A DNA stretch of 64,000 bases from Candidatus Lustribacter sp. Lineage in GTDB: Bacteria > Vulcanimicrobiota > Vulcanimicrobiia > Vulcanimicrobiales > Vulcanimicrobiaceae. This document shows, piece after piece, positions 45,320 to 55,536 of this stretch; position 1 is the first letter of the stretch; each line of letters starts with the position of its first letter. Under the pieces are notes generated by a model, which made no database searches, was not told the DNA's origin, and was given only the letters and a program-made list of their open reading frames with translations. Where the stretch lies: the NCBI GenBank assembly GCA_965277805.1, contig OZ255842.1, forward strand, positions 5,120,001 through 5,184,000. The letters run 5' to 3'. Made by a program: the position numbers and the translations under genes.

Positions 45320-47565
45320 GCCCGCAGGGCGGCTAGCACGTTTTTCGGCGTCAACGGGGCCGTGCGCACGCGCACGCCGGTGGCGTCGAATACCGCATTC
45401 GCGATCGCGGCCGCCGTTGGACGCGACGACGGTTCGCCGGCACCGCCCGGGGCGACGGTCGGGCGATTGATCATCACGACTTTCACCTCATCTGGAATGT
45501 CGTGCATCTTTGCCACCGGGTAGGTCGCCCAATCGACCGAGGTCACGTTGTGATCGTCGAAGGTCACTTCTTCCATGACCGCGCGGCTCATCGATTGGAT
45601 CAGGTTCGCTTCGATCGTGCCTTGCAGTGACTTCGGGTTCACGACGAAGCCGCAGTCGTGCGCGCAAACGATGCGGCGCACGCGCACGGCGCCCGTCTTC
45701 GGCTGCACGCCGACCTCGGCGACGGTCGCCACGATCGTCGCGCCGCGCGTCGCGAACGCAACGCCGCGTCCGATCAATTCGCCGTTCGCACCGCTGCGCT
45801 TCACGCTGCCGGAGACACGGGAATCCCAGCCCGCGGCACTCGCCACGTGCTGGAGCGCTTCGATGTGGCGCTGGTCCTTGAGGTGCTTGATGCGGAACGC
45901 GATCGCGTCCATACCGGCGTGGGCCGCGAGTTCGTCGATGAACGATTCGATGATGAACGTCGTGCCCGGGCCTTCGGGGTCGCGCATGTGCGTCGTTCGC
46001 AGCGGCGAGTTGCCGGCCGAAAACGGCGCCAGCAATTCGGCGCTCGAGCGATAGTTGGGGATCTCGTACTTCGCGCTCGCATCGCCGTATTGTCCGAACT
46101 CGTAGACGACCGCGTCGTTGGGAAAACCCGCCATTTGCCCGGCCAGGAAGCTGCCCGCAACGCTCGGCTGCGAGAGGATTTCGTTGCCGTTGAACTGCCG
46201 GATCACGGCGTCGAACGCCACGATGCTGCCGTTGGAAACGTTCGCCTTCAGGCGCCCGGCCATCGCCGGTGCCTTGGTGCCCCATTGCGTGTTGTCGGCG
46301 CGCATCGATTGCACGCGCACCGGCCGGTCGATGGCGCGCGAGAGAAAAGCTGCCGCCGCGCCGGATTCTTCCAAACCGCCGCGCCCGTACGAGCCGGCGT
46401 CGGATGCCCAGACAACCCGCACTTGCTCGAGCGGAATCTTGAGCAGCTTCGACATGCCAAGGCGCAGCGCGTGCGTCTTTTGCGTTCCCGACCACACCGT
46501 GACGCCGTCGCTGCGGACGTCGACGACCGTGCATCCGGGGCCCATGTTGGCGTGCGATTGGAAGGGCCAGAAATACGTCGCTTGCAACGGCGTGCTGCCG
46601 ATGGCCGAGTCGACGTCGCCGCCTTTGGCCACGCTCTGCTTGATCGAGGGCTGGGACCACATGTAGCCGGGCAAGGCGTCTTGCTTGGGCAGCGTCGTGC
46701 TTGCGGCGCTCCACGCCGTTTTGAGCGCGCGGACCGCGCGAATCGCATCCCACTCGTGCGTCGCCACGACGCCGACGAAGTTGCCGACCCGAATAGCGCG
46801 CGAGTCCCCGATGCCGCGAATCGACGAATCGTCGACGCTAACCAGCGTTGCACCGATAGACGGCGGATACACGAAACGGCCGTGCACCATGCCCGGCGGC
46901 TTGACGTTGACGACGTAGGGATAGCTGCCGAACGCTTTGGGCGCCGCGTCTTTGCGGGGCATCGGCGAGCCGGCAATCTTATAGTCGGCCCAGTCTTTGG
47001 GTTTGGCCGGCACGGTGAGGCTGGTGAAGAAGGCATCGCCGGTTTGCGGGAATTTCGGATCGGGGGCGAGCGCGCCGAGTACGTCGGAGTAGCGCAGCGA
47101 TTTCGACGGATCGCCGGCAACTTGGATCACGCCGTCACGGACGGTGAGCTGCGAGGCCGGTACGCCGAGGCGCTGGGCCGCCGCGTTGACGAGGATGCTG
47201 CGCATTTCGGCCGCAGCATTGCGAATCGCAAAGTTGCCCGCGAACGTCGAAAAGCTGCCGCCCACGCCACCTGCGCTAACCGTTTCGCTCGTATCGCCGA
47301 GCATCGGACGCACGCGTTCAAAGGGCACGTCGAGCTCGTCCGCGACGAATTGGGCGAAACCGGTCGGCACGCCCATGCCGACCTCCACTTTATCGGTGTA
47401 CATCTCGACCGTGCCGTCGGGCAGCATGCGCAGCCAGTCGCCGAGGGCGGTCATCTTCTGCGGCGCCGGCGCGTCGGCCGCGACAGCGAAACTGCCGACG
47501 CCGGCACCGGTGGCGATCACCACGAGCGCGGTCGCGCCGGTGAGGAATGTCGCGCGCGTGCTCAT
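45316..47565 (-). CDS. Xanthine dehydrogenase family molybdopterin-binding subunit (IorB/NicB-like)
   Basis: KVEVGMG, AGSYGR, MRDP..TFIIESFIDELA, AHDCG, GAGEP, IANAVFDATGVR. Confidence 0.9.
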   Translation of the reverse strand: MSTRATFLTGATALVVIATGAGVGSFAVAADAPAPQKMTALGDWLRMLPDGTVEMYTDKVEVGMGVPTGFAQFVADELDVPFERVRPMLGDTSETVSAGGVGGSFSTFAGNFAIRNAAAEMRSILVNAAAQRLGVPASQLTVRDGVIQVAGDPSKSLRYSDVLGALAPDPKFPQTGDAFFTSLTVPAKPKDWADYKIAGSPMPRKDAAPKAFGSYPYVVNVKPPGMVHGRFVYPPSIGATLVSVDDSSIRGIGDSRAIRVGNFVGVVATHEWDAIRAVRALKTAWSAASTTLPKQDALPGYMWSQPSIKQSVAKGGDVDSAIGSTPLQATYFWPFQSHANMGPGCTVVDVRSDGVTVWSGTQKTHALRLGMSKLLKIPLEQVRVVWASDAGSYGRGGLEESGAAAAFLSRAIDRPVRVQSMRADNTQWGTKAPAMAGRLKANVSNGSIVAFDAVIRQFNGNEILSQPSVAGSFLAGQMAGFPNDAVVYEFGQYGDASAKYEIPNYRSSAELLAPFSAGNSPLRTTHMRDPEGPGTTFIIESFIDELAAHAGMDAIAFRIKHLKDQRHIEALQHVASAAGWDSRVSGSVKRSGANGELIGRGVAFATRGATIVATVAEVGVQPKTGAVRVRRIVCAHDCGFVVNPKSLQGTIEANLIQSMSRAVMEEVTFDDHNVTSVDWATYPVAKMHDIPDEVKVVMINRPTVAPGGAGEPSSRPTAAAIANAVFDATGVRVRTAPLTPKNVLAALRA

Positions 47566-48032
47566 GCCGTCATCTCCTTGGCGGCGCGCTCGACGGCGCG
47601 CAGGATCGCCACGTGGGATCCGCAGCGGCAAACGAGACTGCCCAGCGCCTCTTTGATTTGCGCGCGCGTCGGGTTCTTCTGTTTGTTGAGAAAATCGGCG
47701 GCGGTCATGATCCAGCCGTTGAGGCAATAGCCGCACTGCATCGCTTGTTCTTCCGCAAACGCCGTTTGCAGCGGATGCGGATGTTCGGGCGTGCCTAATC
47801 CGTCGAGCGTCGTCACCGAGCGCCCTTCAGCGAACGAAACCGGCGTGACGCACGAGCGCATGGCCTTTCCGTCGACGTGCACCGTGCAGGCGCCGCACTG
47901 AGCAAGCCCGCAGCCGAAACGCGGGTTTTCCGATGCGAGGTTGTCGCGCAGCGCATACAGCAGCGGCATGTCGGGATCCGCATGGACGTCGTGGACGTGT
48001 CCGTTAACATGCAGCTTCATCGTCTTGTCCAT
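47562..48032 (-). CDS. (2Fe-2S)-binding small subunit (IorA/NicA/CoxS-like)
   Basis: FGCGLAQCGACTV, QCGYC, CRCG. Confidence 0.92.
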   Translation of the reverse strand: MDKTMKLHVNGHVHDVHADPDMPLLYALRDNLASENPRFGCGLAQCGACTVHVDGKAMRSCVTPVSFAEGRSVTTLDGLGTPEHPHPLQTAFAEEQAMQCGYCLNGWIMTAADFLNKQKNPTRAQIKEALGSLVCRCGSHVAILRAVERAAKEMTA

Positions 48033-48191
48033 AGTAGCCGGCCCCTCACAACAGTTCGTCAGTCGAAGCGCTTCGCGGGGCAGCCCCTTATTACTTCGGC
48101 GCCCGTTGTATTCGGGTGTGCGAGTCGGCGGATTCCGGGCTCCGCGGAGCGAAGCTTCGGACTACCCGATCGCCATTTGGAGGACTGCGAA

Positions 48192-48779
48192 ATGGACGTC
48201 TTAGATCGCCCGGCCTACTACGGGTTCAAGCAGCGTCACGAGCCGCAGCTCAACCCGTTTGGACTCAAGTGCTGCGATCATTTCGGCTTGCCGACGCCGG
48301 ATCCGGATCGTGCCGGAAAGTTCTACGAGCAGATCCTCGGCGCCGTCGAACTGTTCCGCGCCGGGTATTCCGAAGACGATCGCGCGCACAAACGCCTGCG
48401 GCACATCTTCTATCACATCGGCGCCACGCTGATCGAACTGGTGGAACAAGAAGACGGCGTGAGCTATCCGGATCACACGAATCCGGAAGGCCGCAACATG
48501 AACCCGCACTTTGCGTGGCAGACGACCCCCGAATGCGTAGCGGCCTTTGCCGCGCACCTGACGCGCGAGGGCATTCCGTTCTCCGGTCCGCGGCGTCATA
48601 AGAACGTCAGCGCGGTGTCGGTGTATTTCCGCGATCAGGACGGCAACAATCTCGAAGTGACCACCTGGGAAGAGTGTCCCGATAGCATGATCGCGCCGAT
48701 CGACCCGAACGCGCCGCGCGGCAAGAGCGGCGGCTTCATGGATTGGGGAGCCTACGCCCACAATTGGCGGCCGAAATAA
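48192..48779 (+). CDS. VOC (glyoxalase/extradiol dioxygenase-like) family protein
   Basis: DHFGL..FYEQILG, PHFAW, SVYFRDQDGNNLE; GGAGG SD. Confidence 0.82.
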   Translation: MDVLDRPAYYGFKQRHEPQLNPFGLKCCDHFGLPTPDPDRAGKFYEQILGAVELFRAGYSEDDRAHKRLRHIFYHIGATLIELVEQEDGVSYPDHTNPEGRNMNPHFAWQTTPECVAAFAAHLTREGIPFSGPRRHKNVSAVSVYFRDQDGNNLEVTTWEECPDSMIAPIDPNAPRGKSGGFMDWGAYAHNWRPK

Positions 48780-49909
48780 AGCCTTGCCTCGAGGGCGTTA
48801 CGGTGCTGGAGCTGGGAAGCTCCATCGCCGGGCCGTCCGCAACGCGACATCTCGCCGACCTCGGCGCAACGGTCTGGAAAGTGGAACCGCCCGGCGGCGA
48901 TCAGTTGCGAACGTGGGGCACGCGCGCGCCGGACGGATCGTCGTATTGGTTCAAGGGCCACAACCGCGGTAAGCGGCTAGTAGCCTTCGACGTGCGGCGC
49001 GCGGAAGACGCCGCGGCCGTACGCAAACTCGCGCTCGGCGTCGACATCGTCATCGAGAACTTCCGGCCCGGCTGGCTCGCGCAATACGGGCTCGATGCGC
49101 AGTCGCTGCGCGCCGAGAAACCGTCGCTGATCTATCTCTCGATCAGCGGCTACGGCCAAGACGGACCGATGGCCGGGCAGCCCGGCTACGGCGCGATCGC
49201 CGAATCGATGGGCGGGTTCCGGCACGTTACCGGCGAGCCCGACGGTCCGCCGATGCGCATGGGTATCAGCATCGCCGACGAGCTGGCCGGACTGAATGCC
49301 AGCATTGCCGTGCTCGCGGCCCTGCACGCGCGCGATCGCGACGGCGTGGGCGAGACGATCGACATCTCGCTCGTCGAGAGCGTGTTCAGCATCATGGAAA
49401 GCGTGCTGCCCGAGTACGTGCATGCCGGCAAAGTGACGAAGCGCGTCGGCAACCAGCTCACGACCGCCGCGCCGAGCAACGTCTATCCGACGCGCGACGA
49501 GCAATGGATCGCGATCGCCGGCAACGGCGAGGGGATTTTCCGCCGCCTGGCCGAGACGATGGGGCGGCCGGAACTCGCGGCCGACCCGCGCTACGCCGAC
49601 AACTACGCGCGCGTCGCCAATATGGCCGCGCTCGACGCGGAGATCGTCGCCTGGACGAAGACGTTGACGCTGGCCGAAATCGAGGCTGCGCTAGCGAAAG
49701 CGGGCGTTCCGGCCGGACCGATCCTCGCGATCGATGCGATCGTCGCCCACCCGCAAATTCAGGCCCGCGCAGCCGTTCGCACGCTGCGCGACGAAGCCGG
49801 CATCGACGTCGCGACGTACGGCCCCGTGCCGCACCTCACCGAACGTCCGATCGAACTTGCGTCTGCGGCCGGTGCCGTCGGCCGCGATCAAGCCCTGCTG
49901 CCATCATAA
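48776..49909 (+). CDS. Family III (CaiB/BaiF) CoA-transferase (start ATA 48776 or TTG 48743)
   Basis: IAGP..LADLGA..KVEPP, NRGKR, ENFRPG, ISGYGQDGP, IAD catalytic Asp region. Confidence 0.9.
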   Translation: MKPCLEGVTVLELGSSIAGPSATRHLADLGATVWKVEPPGGDQLRTWGTRAPDGSSYWFKGHNRGKRLVAFDVRRAEDAAAVRKLALGVDIVIENFRPGWLAQYGLDAQSLRAEKPSLIYLSISGYGQDGPMAGQPGYGAIAESMGGFRHVTGEPDGPPMRMGISIADELAGLNASIAVLAALHARDRDGVGETIDISLVESVFSIMESVLPEYVHAGKVTKRVGNQLTTAAPSNVYPTRDEQWIAIAGNGEGIFRRLAETMGRPELAADPRYADNYARVANMAALDAEIVAWTKTLTLAEIEAALAKAGVPAGPILAIDAIVAHPQIQARAAVRTLRDEAGIDVATYGPVPHLTERPIELASAAGAVGRDQALLPS

Positions 49910-49913
49910 CGGA

Positions 49914-50495
49914 GTGAACAATCGCGTGTCTGCACCCCTGCATATCCTCGCCATCTGCGGCAGCCTGCGCAAGGCTTCGTACAACCGCTCCGCCCTGCTC
50001 GCGCTCGCCGAGCTCGGCTCACCCGATTACGATGTCGAGGTGCGCTTGCTGCACGACATCCCGATGTACGATCACGATTACGTCGACGAACACGGCAATC
50101 CCGAAGCCGTCGAACGGTTCCGCGCGGAGATCACCGCCGCCGACGGCATCGTCATCTGCACGCCGGAGTACAGTCACTCGATCAGCGGCGTCTTGAAGAA
50201 CGCGCTCGACTGGCTGCACGGAAAGCCGGCGTTGCTGGGCGCAAAACCCGTCGCGGTCATGAGCGTCTCCTCGAGCGCGCTCGGCGGTTCGCGCGCACAG
50301 TACGATTTGCGAAAAATCTTACAGCCGATGGAAGCCTACGTGCTCGGTATGCCGGAGATGATGATCGGCGGCGCCCGCCGCAAGTTCGACGAACAAGGCA
50401 AACTCACCGACGAACCGGCGCGCGCGGAACTCGCCGCGTTTCTGGCGGCGTTCGGCGATTGGATTCGCCTCGTGCGCCAGCCCGCGGCCGTCTAG
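49914..50495 (+). CDS. NAD(P)H-dependent FMN reductase (ChrR/SsuE-like)
   Basis: GSLRKASYN, TPEY, LKNALDW, GGSRAQ. Confidence 0.9.
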   Translation: MNNRVSAPLHILAICGSLRKASYNRSALLALAELGSPDYDVEVRLLHDIPMYDHDYVDEHGNPEAVERFRAEITAADGIVICTPEYSHSISGVLKNALDWLHGKPALLGAKPVAVMSVSSSALGGSRAQYDLRKILQPMEAYVLGMPEMMIGGARRKFDEQGKLTDEPARAELAAFLAAFGDWIRLVRQPAAV

Positions 50496-52300
50496 CGGCA
50501 GAACGTTCCGAAGGCGACGACACCGGGGCTGGGCGCGCCGAAGTTCGTTCCCGGGATCACTCCGGCGAGCGTCGCGCTGCCGGGTGCGTAGATATTGATC
50601 GAGCCGTCGTCCTGCAACGCGTACACGTAGTTCTGGCTGTCGAACGCGAGGCTTTCGCCGGGAATCGTGTACATAACGGCACCGGCGAGACCGCCGGGCG
50701 CGTACACGTCGAACGAATTACCGGAGCCGGCTAACGTGCGCCGTCGAGCGGTCGTGGCGCCGCGCCCCGGATTGCGCAAGCGCGCTCCCGGCAGCGTCGT
50801 GAATTTGCTCGTGAAGACGCGTCCGGCGGAATCGACGAAAAGTCCGGTGTCGTTGCTATCGGTCGAAATGTACGTCGGCGACGTCGCGAAGTTATCGTAT
50901 TCGTCGATCTCGGGCGCATACGTCGTTGCATTGAAGCCTTCGACGTAAATCCGCATGGTCGGTCCGCTCGTATCGAGCGCGATGATGTCGTCGTAGGCCC
51001 CGTTGGTGTTGAAGCCGCCGTTGATGCCGGCCAGTGCGGGAGAAAGCACTTCCCAGCCGCCGTTCCCCTCGTAGGTCGCGCCGCCGCGCGATGCAAAGAC
51101 ATTTCCCGTGGCACCGACGGTAATCGCTCCGACGCTGTCCGACGGCCCCCCGCTCTGCGCGGCCGCATCGGGCGGGAGCGGAAACGGCTGCCCCGCGGTG
51201 CTGCCCTTGAAGCCGATGACGGCATCCGCGCCGTTACTGTTCGCAACGTACATCTGAGCATAGGTACTCGGTCCGATCCCGCCGTTGGCGGCAACCCAGT
51301 TCGGTCCCGAGATCGTGCTGGTGTAGGTCACCGGCGATGTTGCCGTTGGGGCTAACCCGTACACGGTGCCTTCGCCGTCGTCTTCGTCGTTGATATAAAG
51401 GTTCGATCCGTCGCACGTAATGTCGGAGACGTCCTGCAGCGTGATCGGGACCGTGCGTGCCGCCGTTGTCGAGCCCGGCGCAAAACCGACGATCGTGTTG
51501 GCGGATGTGAAGGTGTAGAACGTGCGGCCGACTTCGAAGGGGACTTGCCCAGACGGCGCCGTCTCGGTGGTCGATGTTTGGCTTACCGTTAGGTGATTCT
51601 CCACGTACTGCGTGGCCGCGGAGAACGTGTACGCGATCGTTCCGGTTGACGTGCTGCTCGCGATCGTTGCCGCCGGGACCGTGACCGTTCCGGTCGTATC
51701 TCCGCTCACCGAAACGGTCAGCGGTGCGAAATAGGTGCCGGTGATGGGCTCGTTGTCGACGTCGAATGCAGTGGCGGTCACCGTTGCCGAACCGCTTTGA
51801 TACGAGACCAGACCGGGCGACGAAAGCGCCAGCGAGGCATGGTCGACGACGCCTTCGAGCGTGACGTTCAGGACGTTCGTTCCATTGGCGGCAATCTGTT
51901 CGGTGAACGACGAAGCGGACACGGCGCGCGACTGCGAATCCAGTGCCTTAAAGAGGAAGCCCACCGTGCCGCCGGCGGGCGCCGAGAACGTTCCGCTGCA
52001 CGCCGTTGCCACGCACGGGAACGTTTGCGGCGTCGTCCCGTTCACCGCAACGGAGATCGTCGTCGTCGAGGCCGGCACGAACAACGGCTTGCGCACGTTC
52101 GATGCGGTACCGCTCGGCGTGAGGCTGATCGTGAAACTCACCGGCGTGAAGCCTTGCGGACCAGCCGTCGGCTTCGTTACGGGCGTGCCGGTCGCTCCCC
52201 CCGTCTGAGGTGCGACCGAGCCGCCGCCGCCAGCACCACATGCGCTTACGAGAAAGAGGCAACCGGCCACAACGGCCAGCCGATACGCAAGTGAGAGCAC
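50492..52300 (-). CDS. Hypothetical lipoprotein, beta-rich (Ig-like plus NHL/propeller-like)
   Basis: LVSAC lipobox, Thr/Ser-rich, repeats [28 protein letters not shown]. Confidence 0.7.
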   Translation of the reverse strand: MLSLAYRLAVVAGCLFLVSACGAGGGGSVAPQTGGATGTPVTKPTAGPQGFTPVSFTISLTPSGTASNVRKPLFVPASTTTISVAVNGTTPQTFPCVATACSGTFSAPAGGTVGFLFKALDSQSRAVSASSFTEQIAANGTNVLNVTLEGVVDHASLALSSPGLVSYQSGSATVTATAFDVDNEPITGTYFAPLTVSVSGDTTGTVTVPAATIASSTSTGTIAYTFSAATQYVENHLTVSQTSTTETAPSGQVPFEVGRTFYTFTSANTIVGFAPGSTTAARTVPITLQDVSDITCDGSNLYINDEDDGEGTVYGLAPTATSPVTYTSTISGPNWVAANGGIGPSTYAQMYVANSNGADAVIGFKGSTAGQPFPLPPDAAAQSGGPSDSVGAITVGATGNVFASRGGATYEGNGGWEVLSPALAGINGGFNTNGAYDDIIALDTSGPTMRIYVEGFNATTYAPEIDEYDNFATSPTYISTDSNDTGLFVDSAGRVFTSKFTTLPGARLRNPGRGATTARRRTLAGSGNSFDVYAPGGLAGAVMYTIPGESLAFDSQNYVYALQDDGSINIYAPGSATLAGVIPGTNFGAPSPGVVAFGTFCR

Positions 52301-52430
52301 TCGTCGCGGTTCGTCTCATTTCGCAGGCACCCATGCCGGCCACGTGTCACAAATTGGTTCAGGCAACCGACAGCCTTGCTCGAGAGGCGTCTTCGCAGGC
52401 GCCGATTATGCGGCGCAGAACCCCGACGCG

Positions 52431-53594
52431 GTGATTCGCGACTTCTACTGGTTTTTACCGACCGGTGGCGACGGGGCTTACTTGGGCTCCGGCGATGGTC
52501 AGCGCCCTGCGACGAATCGCTATTTGCGGGAAATTGCCGAAGCCGTCGACAGGCTCGGCTACGACGGCGTGTTGTTGCCGACCGGGCGCGGCTGCGAAGA
52601 TGCGTGGACGATTGCATCGTCGATCGTCACGCACACCGAGCGGCTGCGCTTTCTCGTCGCGGTGCGGCCCGGTACGGTATTACCGTCGGAGGCCGCGCGG
52701 CAAGCGTCCGCGTTCGACCGGCTCAGCGAAGGGCGCCTGGCAGTGAACGTCGTCGTCGGCGGACGGCCGTCGGAACTCGCGGGCGACGGCATCTTCCTCA
52801 ATCACGACGAGCGCTACGCGCAGGCGCAAGAATTCTTGCACGTCTGGCGCGCGCTGCTCTCCGGCGAACGCGTCGACTTCAACGGCAGCCATTTCGATCT
52901 CAAGGCCGGCCACGTGCCGTTCCCGCCGGTTCAGCAGCCACATCCGCCGTTGTTTCTGGGTGGCTCGTCGCCTGCGGCGCAGGTGCTCGCGGGCGAACAC
53001 GTCGACGTGTACCTCAGCTGGGGCGAACCGCCGGCATTCGTTGCCGAAAAAATAGCCGGCGTGCGCGCGGAGGCGGCGAAGCACGGGCGAACGGTGCGCT
53101 TCGGTATTCGTTTGCATCTGATCGTTCGCGACACCGAAGCGGAAGCGTGGGCGGCGGCGGAACGGTTGATCAGCCGCCTTCCCGATGACGTCATCGAACA
53201 AGCGCAGCGCGCGCAGACGCTCGAGTCGGATTCGATCGGACAGCAGCGGATGACGGCGCTGCACAACGGCGATCGTGGCAAACTCGAAGTGGCTCCGAAC
53301 CTTTGGGCCGGTGTCGGATTGGTACGCGGCGGAGCCGGTACGGCGCTCGTCGGCGACCCGCAAACCGTCGCCGAACGATTGCGAGAATATGCAACGCTCG
53401 GCATCGACACCGTGATCGCCTCGGGCTTTCCGCATCTCGAGGAAGCGTATCGCGTCGCCGAACTGTTGTTTCCCGTACTCGAGCGCGGCGGCGTCGCAAC
53501 GAACGTCGTTCCACCGGCCACGCCGTTTGCCGGCGGCGGCTCGCTCTCGGGACTTCTCGGCAGCGGGGGTTTGACGGTGCCGCGACGGAACTGA
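52431..53594 (+). CDS. ssuD: FMNH2-dependent alkanesulfonate monooxygenase
   Basis: [64 protein letters not shown]. Confidence 0.9.
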   Translation: MIRDFYWFLPTGGDGAYLGSGDGQRPATNRYLREIAEAVDRLGYDGVLLPTGRGCEDAWTIASSIVTHTERLRFLVAVRPGTVLPSEAARQASAFDRLSEGRLAVNVVVGGRPSELAGDGIFLNHDERYAQAQEFLHVWRALLSGERVDFNGSHFDLKAGHVPFPPVQQPHPPLFLGGSSPAAQVLAGEHVDVYLSWGEPPAFVAEKIAGVRAEAAKHGRTVRFGIRLHLIVRDTEAEAWAAAERLISRLPDDVIEQAQRAQTLESDSIGQQRMTALHNGDRGKLEVAPNLWAGVGLVRGGAGTALVGDPQTVAERLREYATLGIDTVIASGFPHLEEAYRVAELLFPVLERGGVATNVVPPATPFAGGGSLSGLLGSGGLTVPRRN

Positions 53595-54511
53595 GCACGC
53601 TTCCCTCGATCGACCTCGGCGCGCTAGAGCACGGGTCGCCCGGCGAGCGCGAACGGTTGCGCTCGGCAGCTAGCGGGATCGGCGCGTTTGTTCTCTGCGG
53701 ACACGGCGTCGATGCAGGGCGCACCGGAGAACTGCTCGCCCTCAGCGGCCGTCTCTTCAGCCTGCCGCAAGCCGAGCGCGACGCAATCGACATGATTCAT
53801 TCGCCGTATTTCCGCGGCTACTCGGCGCTTGGAACCGAACGCACGCAGGGCGAGCCGGATCTGCGCGAACAGTTCGATGTCGGACCGGAGGAAGAACCCT
53901 GCACGCTTGCCGCCGATGATCCGGCGTATTTGCGCCTGCACGGACCGAATCTCTGGCCTGCGTCGCTACCTTCGCTGCGTCCGTCGGTCCTCGGATGGAT
54001 GGAATCCTTGCGCAGTGTCTCGATGCGCGTGGTCGCGGCGATTGCTGAGTCCGCCGGTTTACGAGCGGAGACGTTCGCCGCGGGTTATTCGGGACAACCG
54101 CACGAGCGACTGAAGATTATCAAGTATCCGCCGGCCGGACCCGCAACCACGCAGCAAGGCGTCGGCGAGCACACGGATTCGGGCTTTCTCGCGTTGATCG
54201 CGCACGATGGAACGCGCGGTCTCCAAGCCTACGACGGCCGCGAGTTCGTCGACATCGCTGCTCCGAGCGGCGCGTTCATCGCGGTCTTAGGGCGCGCGTT
54301 CGCCGGCGCAACGGGCGGCGCGACGATTGCGGCACGGCACCGCGTGGTGAGTCCGCCGGCCGGCTCCGAACGCGTGAGCGTCGCGTACTTCCTCAACCCG
54401 CGACTCGATCACGCGGGCTACGGGCACGAGGCACTCAAGGTGGTCATCCGGTCGCACCCGCACGTCGCCCGCCGCTTCTTTGCCGACCAGTTGGCGCCGT
54501 CAGCGCCCTGA
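53591..54511 (+). CDS. Isopenicillin N synthase family 2OG-Fe(II) oxygenase (probable CTG start)
   Basis: LPSIDL, SPYFRGY, GPNLWP, KIIKYP, GEHTDSG (HxD), HRV, RVS. Confidence 0.85.
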   Translation: MSTLPSIDLGALEHGSPGERERLRSAASGIGAFVLCGHGVDAGRTGELLALSGRLFSLPQAERDAIDMIHSPYFRGYSALGTERTQGEPDLREQFDVGPEEEPCTLAADDPAYLRLHGPNLWPASLPSLRPSVLGWMESLRSVSMRVVAAIAESAGLRAETFAAGYSGQPHERLKIIKYPPAGPATTQQGVGEHTDSGFLALIAHDGTRGLQAYDGREFVDIAAPSGAFIAVLGRAFAGATGGATIAARHRVVSPPAGSERVSVAYFLNPRLDHAGYGHEALKVVIRSHPHVARRFFADQLAPSAP

Positions 54512-55498
54512 GGGCGAGTAGGCCTCCCGCAGCAGCGACAGGTCGACGAGACGGTCGACCGCAGGTAAGTTTTTGCGGCCGGCTGCCCGCAACGCGCGAT
54601 ACACGCCGTGTTCGATCTGTTCGGTCGAGATCCACAGCGGGCCGTGTTCGCGCGTGAAGTTGCTGATGGTCAGCGGGATCTGTGCCCGGTTCTGCGCGAT
54701 CTCTTCGTTGAGATTTAGCTCCAGCGTCGCGCCGTACGTCTTCACCGCGAGCGTTGCGCCGAGGACGGGATCGCGTGCGTTTTCCGCCCAACCGCGTGCC
54801 GTTGCCCGGAGATAGCGGACCAGCGCGTCGCGATTGTGCTGCACCGACGCGCGTGTCGCATAGAGACAGCCGGCATACACGGGGAAGCCCAAATCATCCA
54901 GTGAGGCGACGACGTACGGAATGTGCCGCGCGGCGAGGATCACGGGCTGATTGGTGAGATAGCAGAGATAGGCATCGCACGCGCCTTCGATCAGAGGTTC
55001 GGGTCCGAATCCGACGGGCACCCCGGTATAGCGAAGCGGCAAGTGGTTGACGTTGAGGATCCCGTCGATATAGTCGCGCGCCCCCGCCGGCAAGCCGATC
55101 CGCTTCCCGACGAGATCGCGCGCGGTGCGCACCGGCGCGCGCGGGAGAGAAAGAATGCCGCCGACGCCGTGTTGGTAGACGGCGCCGAGAATGACGAAAT
55201 CGGCGCCTTGCGCCATGGCATCGGTGATCTTTTCGATGTCGTTGAAGCCGACGTCGGCGCGGCCGGCGGCAACGACGGCCTCAACGCTCGGCAGGTTCGG
55301 TCCGCCGGCGTAAAACGTCGCATCGATACCATTCTCGCGATAGTAGCCCTTCGCGTCGGCAATGTAGAAACCGGCGTATTCGCTGTTCTTGATCCAGAGA
55401 AACTGCGTGCTGACCGCAGCCGGCGCAGGCGCGGCTGCAGCGGCGCAAGGGGCGAGTCCGGCTGCAGCGGTAGCGGCGAACAATTGGCGGCGGTTCAT
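54500..55498 (-). CDS. NMT1/THI5-like ABC substrate-binding protein with Tat signal
   Basis: MNRRQLF; WIKNSEYAGFYIADAKGYY, GGP, DLVGKRIG; TGG-TATCAT 6 nt before ATG. Confidence 0.82.
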   Translation of the reverse strand: MNRRQLFAATAAAGLAPCAAAAAPAPAAVSTQFLWIKNSEYAGFYIADAKGYYRENGIDATFYAGGPNLPSVEAVVAAGRADVGFNDIEKITDAMAQGADFVILGAVYQHGVGGILSLPRAPVRTARDLVGKRIGLPAGARDYIDGILNVNHLPLRYTGVPVGFGPEPLIEGACDAYLCYLTNQPVILAARHIPYVVASLDDLGFPVYAGCLYATRASVQHNRDALVRYLRATARGWAENARDPVLGATLAVKTYGATLELNLNEEIAQNRAQIPLTISNFTREHGPLWISTEQIEHGVYRALRAAGRKNLPAVDRLVDLSLLREAYSPSGR

Positions 55499-55536
55499 GC
55501 CATGATGATACCAGAGATGCGCGAACACAGAGGATC

